A DNA stretch of 64,000 nt from Octopus vulgaris (GCA_951406725.2 OX597828.1:69378001-69442000), one strand, 5' to 3'; numbered from the stretch's first letter, positions 1-13,609 are shown. Notes: generated from the letters alone by a model not told the origin. A program made the numbers and translations.

Positions 1-224
1 TTGGACCACCCAAAAATTAACACTGAAAATAACAGAATCAACAGTATCAAGGAGGAGGAGGGTTGAAAGTGAGGATTTCAAAACACTGCAGAAAGAGTTC
101 TTAACAAATTCGTAAGTGGCTGGTATTTAACCCAAGAATATTACTGGTATATATATATGATTTTTTTGCATAATGAGATAAAAATCCAAGGCTGTGTAGA
201 TATTAGAACATTTATAGATAGATG

Positions 225-272
225 GTCTTACAGCTGTTTCTAGGATATTGATTATATCCTCTCATCGGAGAC
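225..272 (-). ncRNA. Minimal type-I hammerhead ribozyme motif (U4C core)
   Basis: Minus strand reads GTCT-CCGATGA-GAGGATAT aatca ATATCCTA-GAAAC-AGCT-GTA-AGAC. Confidence 0.8.
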
Positions 273-326
273 GGTGTGAGAGGAGGGTTAAGTAATCGTT
301 AATTTAGATTGGATACCTCTCACACC

Positions 327-378
327 GTCTCCGATGAAGGGATATAATCAATAAATATCCTGGAAACAGCTGTAAGAC
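327..378 (+). ncRNA. Minimal type-I hammerhead ribozyme motif (U4C core)
   Basis: GTCT-CCGATGA-AGGGATAT aatcaataa ATATCCTG-GAAAC-AGCT-GTA-AGAC. Confidence 0.8.
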
Positions 379-589
379 CATCTATCTATAAATGTTTTAA
401 TATCTACACAGCCTTGGTTTTGTATCTTATTACGCAAAAAATTCATATATACACACGCTGACATATGACCAACATTGAACCCCTTATTCGCAAAATCACC
501 GAACCTGGAATTTAACTATGATCTGTCTATAGCACTTAGCATTACCTGACACCTTTGGGTCTCAATGACACCATTACCTCTTATAACAC

Positions 590-686
<97 letters not shown>

Positions 687-728
687 TAAATAAATGGAGT
701 TTAACGCAGGTGTAAATCAAATATTTTT

Positions 729-814
729 ACTTTCGACACATGTTTCGAAAATTCCACTGATACTATTCAAAAGAATAAATGGTATAAACAATGCAATCTT
801 CTCTTCAGGAAAGT
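729..814 (-). ncRNA. Type-I hammerhead ribozyme motif with extended stem II
   Basis: Minus strand reads ACTTTC-CTGAAGA-GAAGATT...AATTTTC-GAAAC-ATGT-GTC-GAAAGT. The core is canonical with a GUC cleavage triplet, and the element lies between two (TA)n tracts. Confidence 0.85.
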
Positions 815-883
815 GAAAAAGACGAAACTCGTCAATAAGACATTTTAGCAAAAAATGATGTTAACAAGGTAAAAGTACACTCA

Positions 884-925
<42 letters not shown>

Positions 926-930
<5 letters not shown>

Positions 931-1258
931 CCCCCTTCGGTCATGAATGACCATGGGATTGCACCTAGAAAGTTACCCTCCTAGACACAAGTTCGGGCAA
1001 GGTTGTTTATGGAAGACCAGCAGTCGCCCATGCATACCAGCCTCCCCTCTCCACGCCACCAGTGTTATCCAAGGGAAAGACAAAGGTCGATACAGCTTGG
1101 CACCAGTGACGTCGCAACTCATTTCTACAGTTGAGTGAACTGGAGCAACGTGAAATAAAGTGCCTTGCTCAAGAACACAACACGCAGCCCGGCCCGGGAT
1201 TCGAGCTCACAACCTCACGATCGTAAGCTCGACGCTCTAACCACTGAGCCATGCGCCT
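926..1258 (-). mobile_element. tRNA-derived SINE (family D)
   Basis: Head GGCGCATGGCTCAGTGGTTAGAGCG (A box) and GCTCGAATCCC (B box), followed by TTCTTGAGCAAGGCACTT body sequence. A related head and body occur at ~57320-57528. Confidence 0.85.
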
Positions 1259-1279
1259 TAATATATATATATTATCAGC

Positions 1280-1480
1280 TCTGACAGAATGGTATTTGGG
1301 TGTGAGGTGAAGGGATAGCGAATGTTTAAAATACTTCCCTTCCGGCATATTTTCCATCCCAGGTTCAAACTCAGAGGAAAACCAGGAAATAGGTTAAATA
1401 CAGATTTAATTCCGTCGGTTGCTTTATATTCTTTAACATTCTCAACGCAGCGTATTTGGTATCAAGGAATTTGATGATTA
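1280..1480 (-). pseudogene. Possible decayed Penelope-like RT C-terminal fragment
   Basis: Translation IIKFLDTK...KQPTELNLYL resembles the PLE RT I.FLD...Y.KP...LY motif. Confidence 0.35.
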
Positions 1481-2088
1481 AGGTGGCGGCGGTAGTGGAG
1501 GTAGAGGCGGAGGAGAGAACGCGGTTTTGGTGGGGTGAGAAGAGAGAGAGAGAGTGATGGCTGTGTGAGTATAACCTTGGGTGGTAGTCAATGGTAGTGA
1601 GTAAAGGTGGTAGGGGGAGGCGTTTGGGTAGGAGGGAATGAAGAGAGAAGTGAAAGTAAAATGGGTGTGGTGGTGATGTTGGTGGTGGAAGAAGCGGCAA
1701 TGGTGTTGAATGTAGTGGCGGGCGAGGGAGTGGGTTGATGTTGGGGGTGGTGATGACGGCGGTGGCAGCAGTGGTGGCGGGGGCGTTGGCAGCAGTGGTG
1801 GCGGGGAAGGTGAAGTGCGGTGAAGCCGTTTGCCTGAGTACAGTGATGGCTGCACGATGGTAGTGGACTGACCTGGAACACTGTAAATATGTAATGTAAT
1901 GTGATTAAATAGGGGTACATGGAGGGGTAGTGATAGTGGGATAGGGGAGTAGTGAGTTAATGGTGGTAGTAAGAGGTAGTTTTAGGAGTGAGGCTGTTGG
2001 GAGTGGGAATTAAAGACCACACCCCTGTTACCAATAAAACTGGGACTGAGGCACTTGTATACCGAACGTAACACATCACTCTGACATA

Positions 2089-2628
2089 CGAGGTCTGATC
2101 AATAAGTATCCGGACTGTTGCCATAGTAATGAACCTAAAGCACACAGAGCGAAGCCGCTTGGCAAAAATTGACCTTGAACTCTGCAGATTAGTTACAGTT
2201 CAGTTCAGTCCATTATTATAGAAGATTTGGGTGTGAGGTACGTGTCTGCCAAGTCTGTGCCAAAACTGCTTTCAGCTGGCCAAAGAGACACCCGGGTTTC
2301 AGTTGCACAAGATTTCCTTGATAGTGTTGAGAATGATGAAAACATTTTGAAAACTTTGAGTAGGCCTCTGAGCAGGTATTGCCAAGCTTTTGGCAAAGTT
2401 TGATGCAGATTCTCTGTTTAACTTTCTCTGTCGTGGTCAATGTGATGATCACACGCCACACACCTTCCTTCCAAGCACTGCTGTAAACAACGGAAGTGAG
2501 CTAGAACGTTGAAACTTAGTGCGCATGCACAATAGAGTTCAAGATCAATCAATGCCAAGCGGCATTACTCTGCATGCTTTAGCTTCGTTACTATGGCAAC
2601 AGTCCGAATACTTATTGATCAGGCCACG
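2089..2628. mobile_element. Internally deleted and rearranged mariner (Tc1/mariner) element
   Basis: ~60-bp TIRs (CGAGGTCTGATCAATAAGTATCCGGACTGTTGCCATAGTAA) with TA at both ends. Transposase fragments QRICIKLCQKLG (- strand) and EDLGVRYVSAKSVPKLL (+ strand). Confidence 0.9.
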
Positions 2629-2723
2629 TACATTTAATACATACACGTCTACAAATGCAGCCACAAAGCCATTCATTGCCAGAACAAAGATCTGCTTTAA
2701 GAACGGAGAAAAAATGACAATTG

Positions 2724-2774
<51 letters not shown>

Positions 2775-2904
2775 CACTCATGTGTAATTGTAGTTTCTTA
2801 AGGCCCCTGATCCTCATTCGTGTCCTTTTGCCGAACCGCCAAACCCTTTAAATTTTGACCCCTTAAAGAAGTTCACATAAGGGGATCCTTGTTCGTTGTT
2901 TAAT

Positions 2905-3122
2905 AATTCTTTCCACTACAGGAACAAGGCCTGGAATTTTAGAGGCGGGTTGAGGATAGTTGATTGCATCGGCCCCAGTGTTCAACTGGTTCTTATTTTA
3001 TCGATCCTGAATGGATGGAAGGCAAGGTCGATCTCGACGGAATTTCAATCCAGAACGTAAAGACGGATGAAATGCCGCTACACATTTTGTCCGGCGTGCT
3101 TACGATTCCGTCAGCTCGACAC
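2905..3122 (-). mobile_element. SINE family B, diverged copy
   Basis: Matches the family B motif TATCGACCCCGAAAGGATGAAAGGCAAAGTCGACCTCGGCGGAATTTGAA seen elsewhere in the window. Confidence 0.8.
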
Positions 3123-3290
3123 CTCCATCGTCATTTAATAGCGGATACTCAAAATCAAAGACGTTAGCAGACCCAAATATGAAACAAGGACGAATTTAGT
3201 CACGAAGGCACAACATAAACAACGCCTACTAAACAAAGAGAAAAATAGCCAAATTAGATGCACTCTAGTTACAGGATTGATAAATCGTTT

Positions 3291-3665
<375 letters not shown>

Positions 3666-4034
3666 TTAAAATTCTACACACATATATATGCATGCGCGCG
3701 CACAGACACACACGTGCACACATACACACGCACGCAAAGACGTACACAAGCAGAAGATTAACTACAAAAGCTGTATTATTAACAACATACGGATTAAAAA
3801 TCAACACACAGGTACACAGCACAGGTGAAAATAAATTAATGAAGTTAGTAAGGAAAATGTGATTTTATTAGTATTAATGTTATTCCCATTTTCTCTTGCT
3901 GCTAATTCAAAACGCAATAACATTGCATCATTATTTCCACATCATCCAGAAGATGAGATCACGAAAATCTTGTAACGTTAATGGATTTGGGAACAAACAC
4001 AAGGGACTAATATGGAGTTATAAGAAAAACTATA

Positions 4035-4099
<65 letters not shown>

Positions 4100-4102
<3 letters not shown>

Positions 4103-4260
4103 CTGTTGTCATAGGTGCCCTGGGAATGATAGCAAAAGGGGCTGATAGCTACCTAACTCAGATACCAGGAAACCCAAAAATGGCAGAAATTCAAAAGATA
4201 GTGCGCATGGGAACTGCTCATATCCTACGCAAAATACTTTCTATGTAATCTCAAGGTTTA
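4100..4260 (+). pseudogene. 3' fragment of an RLE non-LTR retrotransposon (R4/Dong-like) directly after (TAA)n
   Basis: Translates as IPVVIGALGMIAKG...IQKIVRMGTAHILRKILSM*. Confidence 0.85.
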
Positions 4261-4299
4261 AAACAAACATAATTTTCGGTTTAAAAAAAAAAAAAAAAA

Positions 4300-6250
4300 C
4301 CTGGATCGATTATCGAAAGGCTGTTGATAGTATTTTCCACACATGGTTCCTAGAAACACTGGCCATGAACAAGGTAGAACCAATGATTATAAAATATATA
4401 AAACATTCCATGAATAATGGGCGGATAGTGCTACAGCTCCAGACAAAAGAGGGATTCATAAAAGCTAAGGCCATCCCCATCCTTTTTTTATTGGCACTGA
4501 CACCTTTATCTGACATGCTAAACAGAACTGGATGTGGATGCAACTGCTACGGCAAAACAATCAGCCATCTCTCATTTATGGATGATCTAAAACTGTACGC
4601 TATAAATGATAAACAGCTGGAAACATTACTACAGACAGTACATGGACTTACCAAAGAAATAAACAAGGAATTTGTTTATTTGTTTAGAAATTTGTTTAGA
4701 AAAAAGTACCAAAGCAACCTTGAAAAGAGGAAAACTAATTAAGAGTAGCAGCATCACACTAGATAAAGCAAATGAAATAAGAGAATTAGACCAAAGCTAG
4801 ACATGCAAATAGTTAGGAATCAATGAACTAGGAGATACGATACAACACACACAAATGAAAGAGAAGATAAGACAGGAATACTATAGACGAGTTAGATCAA
4901 TACTGAAAACAGAGCTCAATGCGAAAAACAAGATAATAGGTATTAACACTTTAGCCATCCCTGTTATACGTTACATCTACGATATTCTTAACTGGACTCT
5001 AAATGAACTAATCAAAATAGACAGGAAAACAAGAAAAATAATGACAGGATTTAGGATGCACCACCCAAAATCTGACATAGAAAGGTTATATATAGAACAT
5101 ATGGAAGGTTGTAGAGGCCTTATACAGCTATAAAACTATTACAAAATAACCACCATAGGACTGCAAAAATACCTACTTCAGAAGCAAGGAAAACTGATAC
5201 AAATAGCCACAAAACACGAACAAAACAAAAAAAAACTGTTTCAGTCTTTAAAGAAACTGACAAATACAAAAAGAAGTCATAGTACCTAACAACTATGAAG
5301 AAAAAGAAGAAACAACAAAAACTGTAAAACAACTGAAGTCCAAGCTAAAACTAGAACAGCAAAGGATCACGATGAAACGATGGCAAGAAAAGCCCCTTCA
5401 TGGCAAATACTGGATTAAACTAAACAGAAAAGAAATAGACAAAGTAAAATCCCAGCAATGGTCGAGAAGCTCAGGACTGAAAGCAGAGACTGAAGGATTT
5501 TGAATTGCAGCACAAGACCAAAGCCTCCCCACCAGAAATTAGCAAAACCATATAATCAAAAGAAACAACAAGTAACTGCAGAATTTGTGGAGATGGACAA
5601 GAAATAATAAATCATATCATCTCTGGCTGCCAGTCCTGGCTAAGAAGTAATATATTCACAGACACGACAGAGTTGGGACCTACATACACTGGAAGCTATG
5701 CCAACACTATGGAATAGCAACAGAAAAAAGATGGAATAGGCACACGCCAGAAAAGGTCACAGAAAACGAGAAAGCAACCACACTGTGGGATATGCCAATA
5801 CATACAGATAGAGAAATTAAGGCCAATAGGCTGGATATAGTTGTCAGAGATCAGCAAGAAAAAACTGCTTTCTAATCGATGTATCAATACCAACAGATGA
5901 CAATGTTTCTCTAAAAGAAATGGAGAAACTTTAAAAATACAAAGACCTTCCTGGAAAGGGAGGTAACTCGAATGTGGAGCCTAAAAACAGAAACAATTTT
6001 TATTATGGTTGGCGCATTAGGTATGATAAAAAAAAACCCTTTCGAACAAATACATAACAAAAACATCAGGGCTTACAATTATATATAACATACGAAAAAT
6101 AGCCCTACTAGGCACCGCACACATCCTACGTAAAACACTTTCAATACGGTGAAAATAAGAGCATCACAACAAACCACAACACATAACCATGGCACACAGA
6201 GCTGTGCTCGGTAGTGAACTGAAAGTAAGTGATAAAAATAAGACTACTGA
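4300..6250 (+). mobile_element. Decayed, 5'-truncated R4/Dong-like non-LTR retrotransposon (RT, CCHC knuckle, restriction-like endonuclease, 3' UTR, (TAA)n)
   Basis: Motifs ISHLSFMDDLKLY, HHPKSDIERLY...RGL, CRICG...HIISGC, NRLDIVV, IDVSIP and VGALG, interrupted by stops and frameshifts. Followed by (TAA)n at ~6251-6430. Confidence 0.92.
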
Positions 6251-6253
6251 ATA

Positions 6254-6336
<83 letters not shown>

Positions 6337-6353
6337 TGATGATGATAATGATG

Positions 6354-6430
<77 letters not shown>

Positions 6431-6493
6431 TTCTTTATTAACCACAAAGAGATCACATTAAGAAAACCATTACGGACAGTACAGGACAAAACA

Positions 6494-6574
<81 letters not shown>

Positions 6575-7899
6575 TGTGTGTGTCTGAGTTTGTGTGTCAG
6601 TGTGTGTGTGTCTGAGTGTGTCTGAGTGTGTGTGTCAGTGTATGTGTGTGTGTGTGTATGTCTGAATGTGTGTTGTGAGGGTTTTGTGTGTAAACAAGCT
6701 TAACATAGGAAACATTTCAACAACGTGTAATCCTTAATAGGGAGTAAACATAACAAATGCCCCGATGCGGTACCAGGCAGTGTCACTCGTGGCTTCTGAT
6801 CTTAACTGATTGGAAGTGTTATCATGTACCTTGTTTTGTCTTGGTACTAAAAAGCAACTATTCTGCTCAATACCACAGATTTGCTTGTCAGTTGTTTGAC
6901 CTTAACCAGTTGAGCATGTCCCTTAGTGGCTGACGATATGTGAATGTCTGATCACGAGCAGAAGTAGTGGGGGAGCATCATAGCCATGTGTCGAGAGGAA
7001 TTATTAGAGGTTTGGATAATTGACCTTTGGAAACATGGGTGGTTCGTTCATCATCCTTAACCAAACCTTATTCAGGGACCTTTTGAATGGGATGAGCTAC
7101 TCGACCTGAAGAAAATTCTAACTGGACCCCACCTGCAAGGTATGCGCTGTTTATCTTGATATGAGACGTAAACTCACCGGCACCGGTTGTCAAGCAGTGG
7201 TGGGGGCAAACACAGACACACCCACCCAAACAACCCCCCCCACACACACACACAAACATCACGCACACACACTCACTCAATCACACACATGCACACACAT
7301 ATCACACACACATACTCTCTCTCTTACACAAATACACACAACGGGCTTCTTTCAGGCTCCGTCCATTAAATCCACTACCAAGGCTCTGGTTGGTCCGAGG
7401 GTATAGCGGAAGACACTTGGCCTAAATGTCAAGGAAAATGCTTATCGACATTTCGACCGTCGTTACGTCCTGAGTTCAAATTCCGCCGAGGTCGACTTTG
7501 CATTTTGCTTTTTCGGTGTCGATGAAATAACTATCAGTTACACATTGGGGTCCATATAATCAATTTACCCCCTTCTCCCAAAAGTTCACGCCCTATGCTT
7601 ATTGTAGAAAGCATTATTATGACTGTTTAGTTCTGTGTTCGAATCCTGTTGAGGTAAACCTTGTATCTTATCCTTCTGATAGGAAGACTGGGCAAAGTAT
7701 TAATAAAGGGGTCATTTTTATTTTATCGACTAAACCAGGGGTTTTCAACCATGTTTTACCTACGGGTCCCTTTGATTTCTATTTTACTCGGTAGGTGGGG
7801 GGAGAGGGTGTGTGTGTGGGGGGGGCTTCATGCCCATTCGATACCTGAAACTTCATTTTATATCTAAATATTATTAGGAATTGTATAAAATATAATTCT

Positions 7900-8480
7900 T
7901 TACTATTCTAGGCACAAGGCCCGGAATTTGGGGGGAAGGAAACTAGGCGATTAGATCGACCTCAGTACGCAACAGGTACTTAATTTATTGACCCCGAAAG
8001 GATGAAAGGCAAATTCGACCTCAGCAGATTTTAAACTCAGAAAGGTAAAGACAGGCGAAATACTTATTTCTTTACTACCCACAAGGGGCTAAACACAGAG
8101 AGGACAAACAAGGACAGACAAAAGGATTAAGTCGATTATATCGATCCCAGGGCGTAACTGGTACTTAATTTATCGACCCCGAAAGACAAAGTCCACCTCG
8201 GTGGAATTTGAACTCAGAACGTAACGGCAGACGAAATACCTGTTTCTATTTCTTTACTACCCACAAGGGGCTAAACACAGAGAGGACAAACAAAGACAGA
8301 CAAACGGATTATGTCGATTATATGGACCCCAGTGCGTAACCGGTACTTTTTTTAATCGACCCCGAAAGGATGAAAGGCAAAGTGGACCTCGGCGGAATTT
8401 GAACTCAGAACGTAACTGCGGACGAAATACGGCTACGCATTTCGCCCGGCGTGCTAGCTTTTCTGCCAGCTCCTCCTGCC
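7900..8480 (-). mobile_element. SINE family B, tandem trimer
   Basis: One tRNA-like head near 8480 followed by three ~180-bp body repeats containing GCCTTTCATCCTTTCGGGGTCGAT. Confidence 0.9.
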
Positions 8481-8854
8481 TTAGATTAAAAATATAATCG
8501 TTAAACTATTGTGGAAGTTTAACCAGTTTATTGCAGATGAATTTTAACAATAAAATCTCATATGGACACAGAAGAGGTCCATTGTGTCTCACATGGAAAA
8601 CTAGAAGGAAAAGAGAAGGAAAAAAATACAAAAATCATGTATTAGTGGAATCTGTCGAGCAACGGACGAAATGTATTGCGCCAGAAACGTCTGTTAACGT
8701 TCGAATTTTTGTGGGGTCAACTTTGATTTTCAATTTTCTGCTCGAGCCAGCGAGTGGGTAACAGCATTGTCACTAAACATGCATGAAATACGAACCATAT
8801 TTTACTTTTAACCGCACCTGCTGTCTTCACTCACGCATACAGACAGATTTTATA

Positions 8855-8886
<32 letters not shown>

Positions 8887-9006
8887 GGTATGTATGTAGG
8901 TATGTATGTGTGTATGTATGTATGTATGTATGTATGCATGTATATATGTATGTGTGTGTGTGTGTGTGTGTGTTTATGCAATTATTTCTGGGTAGACACA
9001 CACACA

Positions 9007-9139
<133 letters not shown>

Positions 9140-9219
9140 TTAATTCCGTAAGATTATATTGTCTTAGATATCCTACATGCAAGACAGGCAGAAACAAAAA
9201 AAATAGGAGCAGCAATAAT

Positions 9220-9617
9220 AATCCTTTCTACTAAAGGCCTGAAATTTTGGAGGAAGGGGACTAGTCTATTATATCGACCCCAGTACGTAAATGTAACTGG
9301 TACTTAATTTATCGACACCGAAGGATGAAAGGCAAAGTCGACCTCGGCGGAATTTGAACTCAGAAAGTAGCAGCAGACGAAATACCTATTTCTTTACTAC
9401 CCACAAGGAGCTAAACACAGATGGGACAAACAAGGACAGACAAAAGGATTAAGTCGATTATATCTACCCCAGTGCGTAACTGGTACTTATTTAATCGACC
9501 CCGAAACGATGAAAGGCAAAGTCGACCTCGGCGGAATTTGAACTCAGAACGCAGCGGCGGACGAAATGCCGCTAAGCATTTCGCCCGGAGTGCAAACGAT
9601 TCTGCCAGGTCGCCGCC

Positions 9618-9618
<1 letters not shown>
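9220..9618 (-). mobile_element. SINE family B, tandem dimer
   Basis: Head GGCGGCGACCTGGCAGAATCGTT and two body repeats with the same internal junction as the trimer at 7900-8480. Confidence 0.9.
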
Positions 9619-9699
<81 letters not shown>

Positions 9700-9995
9700 C
9701 CTTGGGGGACAATATGAAAGGTCGAGATAAAACACGAAAACGGGTGGAGTTTACACCGATGAAAGTGTGATATTAGAGGATATAACAAGGGATAGACAAA
9801 CAGAGGTTAGAGAAATAAATAAATAAATCAATAAGTAGAATCCGCAATAGCAAGGAAGTCCATTTTGGGTAATGCGGGTAGGGCCCCACGCAAAAGAGCG
9901 GGATTACTCTACTACCTCTAAGGCATGGCAAGTGTCAAGTGGTGATTTCTTTACTTTGCCACCAGGGAGACTGATAAAGGAGACCTTAGAACGAC

Positions 9996-10058
<63 letters not shown>

Positions 10059-10216
10059 GGATTTACATTCAATGACATGAAATGATATATAAAAAAAGAA
10101 AATCAACTGGAAGAAAAGTCTGCATGGTATAGAACAGTGGTTCCCTCCGTGGCGGTCCGCAAGGGTTGTACTGGGGGAGGGGTCTGTGAACTAAATTAAT
10201 GATTTCATTCATATAT

Positions 10217-10523
<307 letters not shown>

Positions 10524-10869
10524 ACACACGCACACACACATAAGGATAAGCATATTAAAAGAAAACTCATTAAAATAGAAGTGTTGGGAACCACCGTTGA
10601 TAACCACTGGTATATAATAAAACATAGAAAGAAAATATACATAGTATGCATAAGTTACGAAAACAGAAAGGGAAGGGAAATGAAGTTGATCTGGTCCTCC
10701 TGATATATGAGAACCTCTAAGGCTAATCATGGGCTTTTAGTAGCCACAGAGACATAGATGAGGGGACATCACAATGATAATAGCAACAGATATAGCTGTA
10801 ATAATAACATTCTGGAGGATCATTACTGAAACTCCCATGGTTGTAGTCCTGTTGAACGAGCACTAAATA

Positions 10870-11470
10870 ATCTTTTCTATTCTGGGCACAAAACCTGAAA
10901 TTTTGGCGGAGGGGGCCACTCGATTAAATCGACTCCAGTATGCAACTGGTGCTTAATTTATCGACCCCGAATGGATAAAAGGCAAAGTCGACCTTGGCGG
11001 AATTAGTAGGACTAAATAATAGCTTATCTGATGACGATGGGGGTCCATAAAATGAGCAACAGTTACTCATTTTTCGAAGTAATGTGCCATATATCTCTGC
11101 TCATTAGAAAAAACAACAGCTATAATGTTAATCCTTTCTACGATCGACACAAGGTCTGAAATTTGTGGGAAGGGGTAAACAGATCCCATCGACCCCAGGA
11201 CTCAACTAGAACTTATTTTATCAACCCTGAAAAGATGAAAGGCAAAGTCAATAATAATAATAATCCTTTCTAGTATAGGCACAAGGCCTGGAATTTGTGG
11301 GGAATGGAAGCAGTCGATTAGATCAACCGGAGCACGTAACTGGTACTTAATTTATCGATCACGAAAGTTTGAGTCGACCCCGGTGGAATTCGAACTCAGA
11401 ACGTAGTGACGGGCGAAATACTGCTAAGCATTTCGCCCGGTGTGCTAACGATTCTGCCAGCAGACCGTCT
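10870..11470 (-). mobile_element. Cluster of SINE family B copies (two 5'-truncated, one full)
   Basis: Family B tails begin at ~10870, ~11130 and ~11260. A tRNA-like head lies near 11465. Confidence 0.85.
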
Positions 11471-12690
11471 TAATGAATGATAATAATTAGGAAGATGTTG
11501 ATGACAGAAAAATGCTTGCTTTTTAAGATCTTACCTGTTATATACAATCCTGGGGTAGTTAGATGTTTATATATATATATGTATATATATATGCATATAT
11601 ATATTATATATATGTGTATATGTATATATACATATATTTCAGATGTACCAAGAAGGAACTCCAAGCACGCACTGGTAGCGAATTAAGATCTTTATGTGTG
11701 TATATGTATATGTATGTATATGTATACGTATGTGTATGTGTATATGGACTGGGTTTCTATGTGTGCGTATACAACCTGAAACACGTTGAGTGTTATCAGT
11801 TGTCAGTTCAGTGTGGATACGCGCGAGCGAGTGTGTTTGTGTATATATATGTCACACTGTGCTTATGTATACATATATGCGCGCATATGTGTATACAGAC
11901 ATGCATATATATATATATATAATATATATATGTATATATATATATGTGTGTGTATGTATTTATGTAGGTGTCCGCGTATGTGTGCAGGATAGCTTTCTGG
12001 CAATGCTGCGGTTATATGTATGCGCATGTGTTATATCTATAAGTGCGCTATGTGTGTGTGAGGGTGTATGAGTTTGTGGTGTGTGCGTGTGTGCGTGCCT
12101 GCGTGCATGCGTGTGCGTGTGTGTGTGCGTGTGTGTGTGTCTGTGTGTGTAGCACATGTACCACTCCCTCCCTTCTCATTGGTCTAATTTTCGTCAACAG
12201 GTTTACCAGCCTGAGAAAAACACTTCATTACTTTAGTTTACTGCTTTCAAGTAGTAGTAGTACTAGTAGTAGTAGTACTAGTAGTAGTAGTACTAGTAGT
12301 AGTAGTACTAGTAGTAGTAGTACTAGTAGTAGTAGTACTAGTAGTAGTAGTAGTAGTAAAGATAGAGGTGGGAGTGGTGGTGGTGGTGGTGGTGGTGGGG
12401 ACGGTTGGGGTGGTGTCACTGGGAATCGACGCTTTCAAGAACGTCGTGTTCAAGAGACACAGCGATGTGGTGACATTCATGCCTTGAACCAACGGTCCCA
12501 AGTTAAACGGTTAATCGTGACGACACAGTCTGAATGGTAATTCCCCCCCTCTCTCTCTCCCACTCTCTCTCTATATATATATCTTCAGTTGATCATATAC
12601 CGTAAGAAACACACATACACACACACACACACACTCTCTCTTCTCTCCCGCTCTCTCTTTTCTCCCCCTCTCTATCTCTCTCTATCTCCA

Positions 12691-12729
<39 letters not shown>

Positions 12730-12904
12730 AGTAGTCCTAAATTAATTGCGTAACTTCATAATTTCTAGTTTATTACGTAAACGAACACTTAAGAATTATA
12801 TCTGTAAAATTGACCGGTTAATTGCATATGCAGTTAAGTAATTTTCGGTTAACAACATAAGACAGTTTACGATTATGTGAAAAATAGACGAATGTAATAA
12901 CTCG

Positions 12905-13305
12905 TTTACTCGTTTACTTGTTTCAGTCATTTGACTGCGGCCATGCTGGAGCACCGCCTTTAATGGGGCAAATCGACCCCGGCACTTATTCTTTGTAAGC
13001 CCAGTACTTATTCTATCGGTCTCTTTTGCCGAACCGCTAAGTGACGGGGACGTAAACACACCAGCATCGGTTGTCAAGCAATGCTAGAGGGACAAACACA
13101 GACACACAAACATATACACACACATACACATATATATATATATATATATATACATATATACGACAGGCTTCTTTCAGTTTCCGTCTACCAAATCCACTCA
13201 CAAGGCTTTGGTCGACCCGAGGCTATAGCAGAAGACACTTGCCCAAGGTGCCACGCAGTGGGACTGAACCCGGAAGCATGTGGTTGGTTAGCAAGCTACT
13301 TACCA
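12905..13305 (-). mobile_element. SINE family A
   Basis: GTTTCAGTCATTTGACTGCGGCCATGCTGGAGCACC through GGGACTGAACCCGG. Confidence 0.93.
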
Positions 13306-13609
13306 AAGATTTAATATGCAACGAACAAACAGCAGATTCCGGATTCCTTTGTATGCCTGCTATGGAAAACTAAGTCGTCTGTGTAAAAAGGTTTATGAAA
13401 CAACCGAGTCTAATTAAGCAGTATTGAAATTTTGGTTACGCTGTAAATTTATCGTTAATTTTCTTGAATGATTTATCATCAGAATAAATAGGTTTTGTGA
13501 AGTAAAGAATGAACGTTGCTTTGATATTTTCGTCTTCGACTTCCTTAACGTGTAGGAGTGAGGCCAATTAATTTCTATCTTAACCTGCACGATCTTAGTT
13601 GTACTCGTT

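Larger units (their letters stand above)
152..451. repeat. Long inverted repeat (arms ~152-283 and ~316-451) of a hammerhead-bearing PLE-type terminal segment
   Basis: GCTGTGTAGATATTAGAACATTTATAGATAGATGGTCTTACAGCTGTTTC is the near-perfect reverse complement of GAAACAGCTGTAAGACCATCTATCTATAAATGTTTTAATATCTACACAGC. The spacer is ~32 nt and both outer ends run into TA repeats. Confidence 0.95.

Noticed and set aside
1185-1258. tRNA genes here and at 17291, 42916 and 52665
   Set aside because: A and B boxes are present, but each runs straight into a repeated SINE body, so these are SINE heads.
1484-2010. G-rich strand-biased region giving Pro/His/Thr-rich ORFs
   Set aside because: It is low-complexity GGT/GGC-derived sequence with no domain or splice evidence.
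6755-7165. Non-repetitive-looking segment between a TG tract and a SINE fragment
   Set aside because: It is probably an interspersed repeat, but it occurs once in this window and has no diagnostic feature to classify it.
11021-11100. Possible hammerhead starting CTGATGA at 11028 with downstream hairpins
   Set aside because: GAAG replaces GAAA, there is no clear UH triplet, and stem I pairs poorly. At best it is a very decayed copy.
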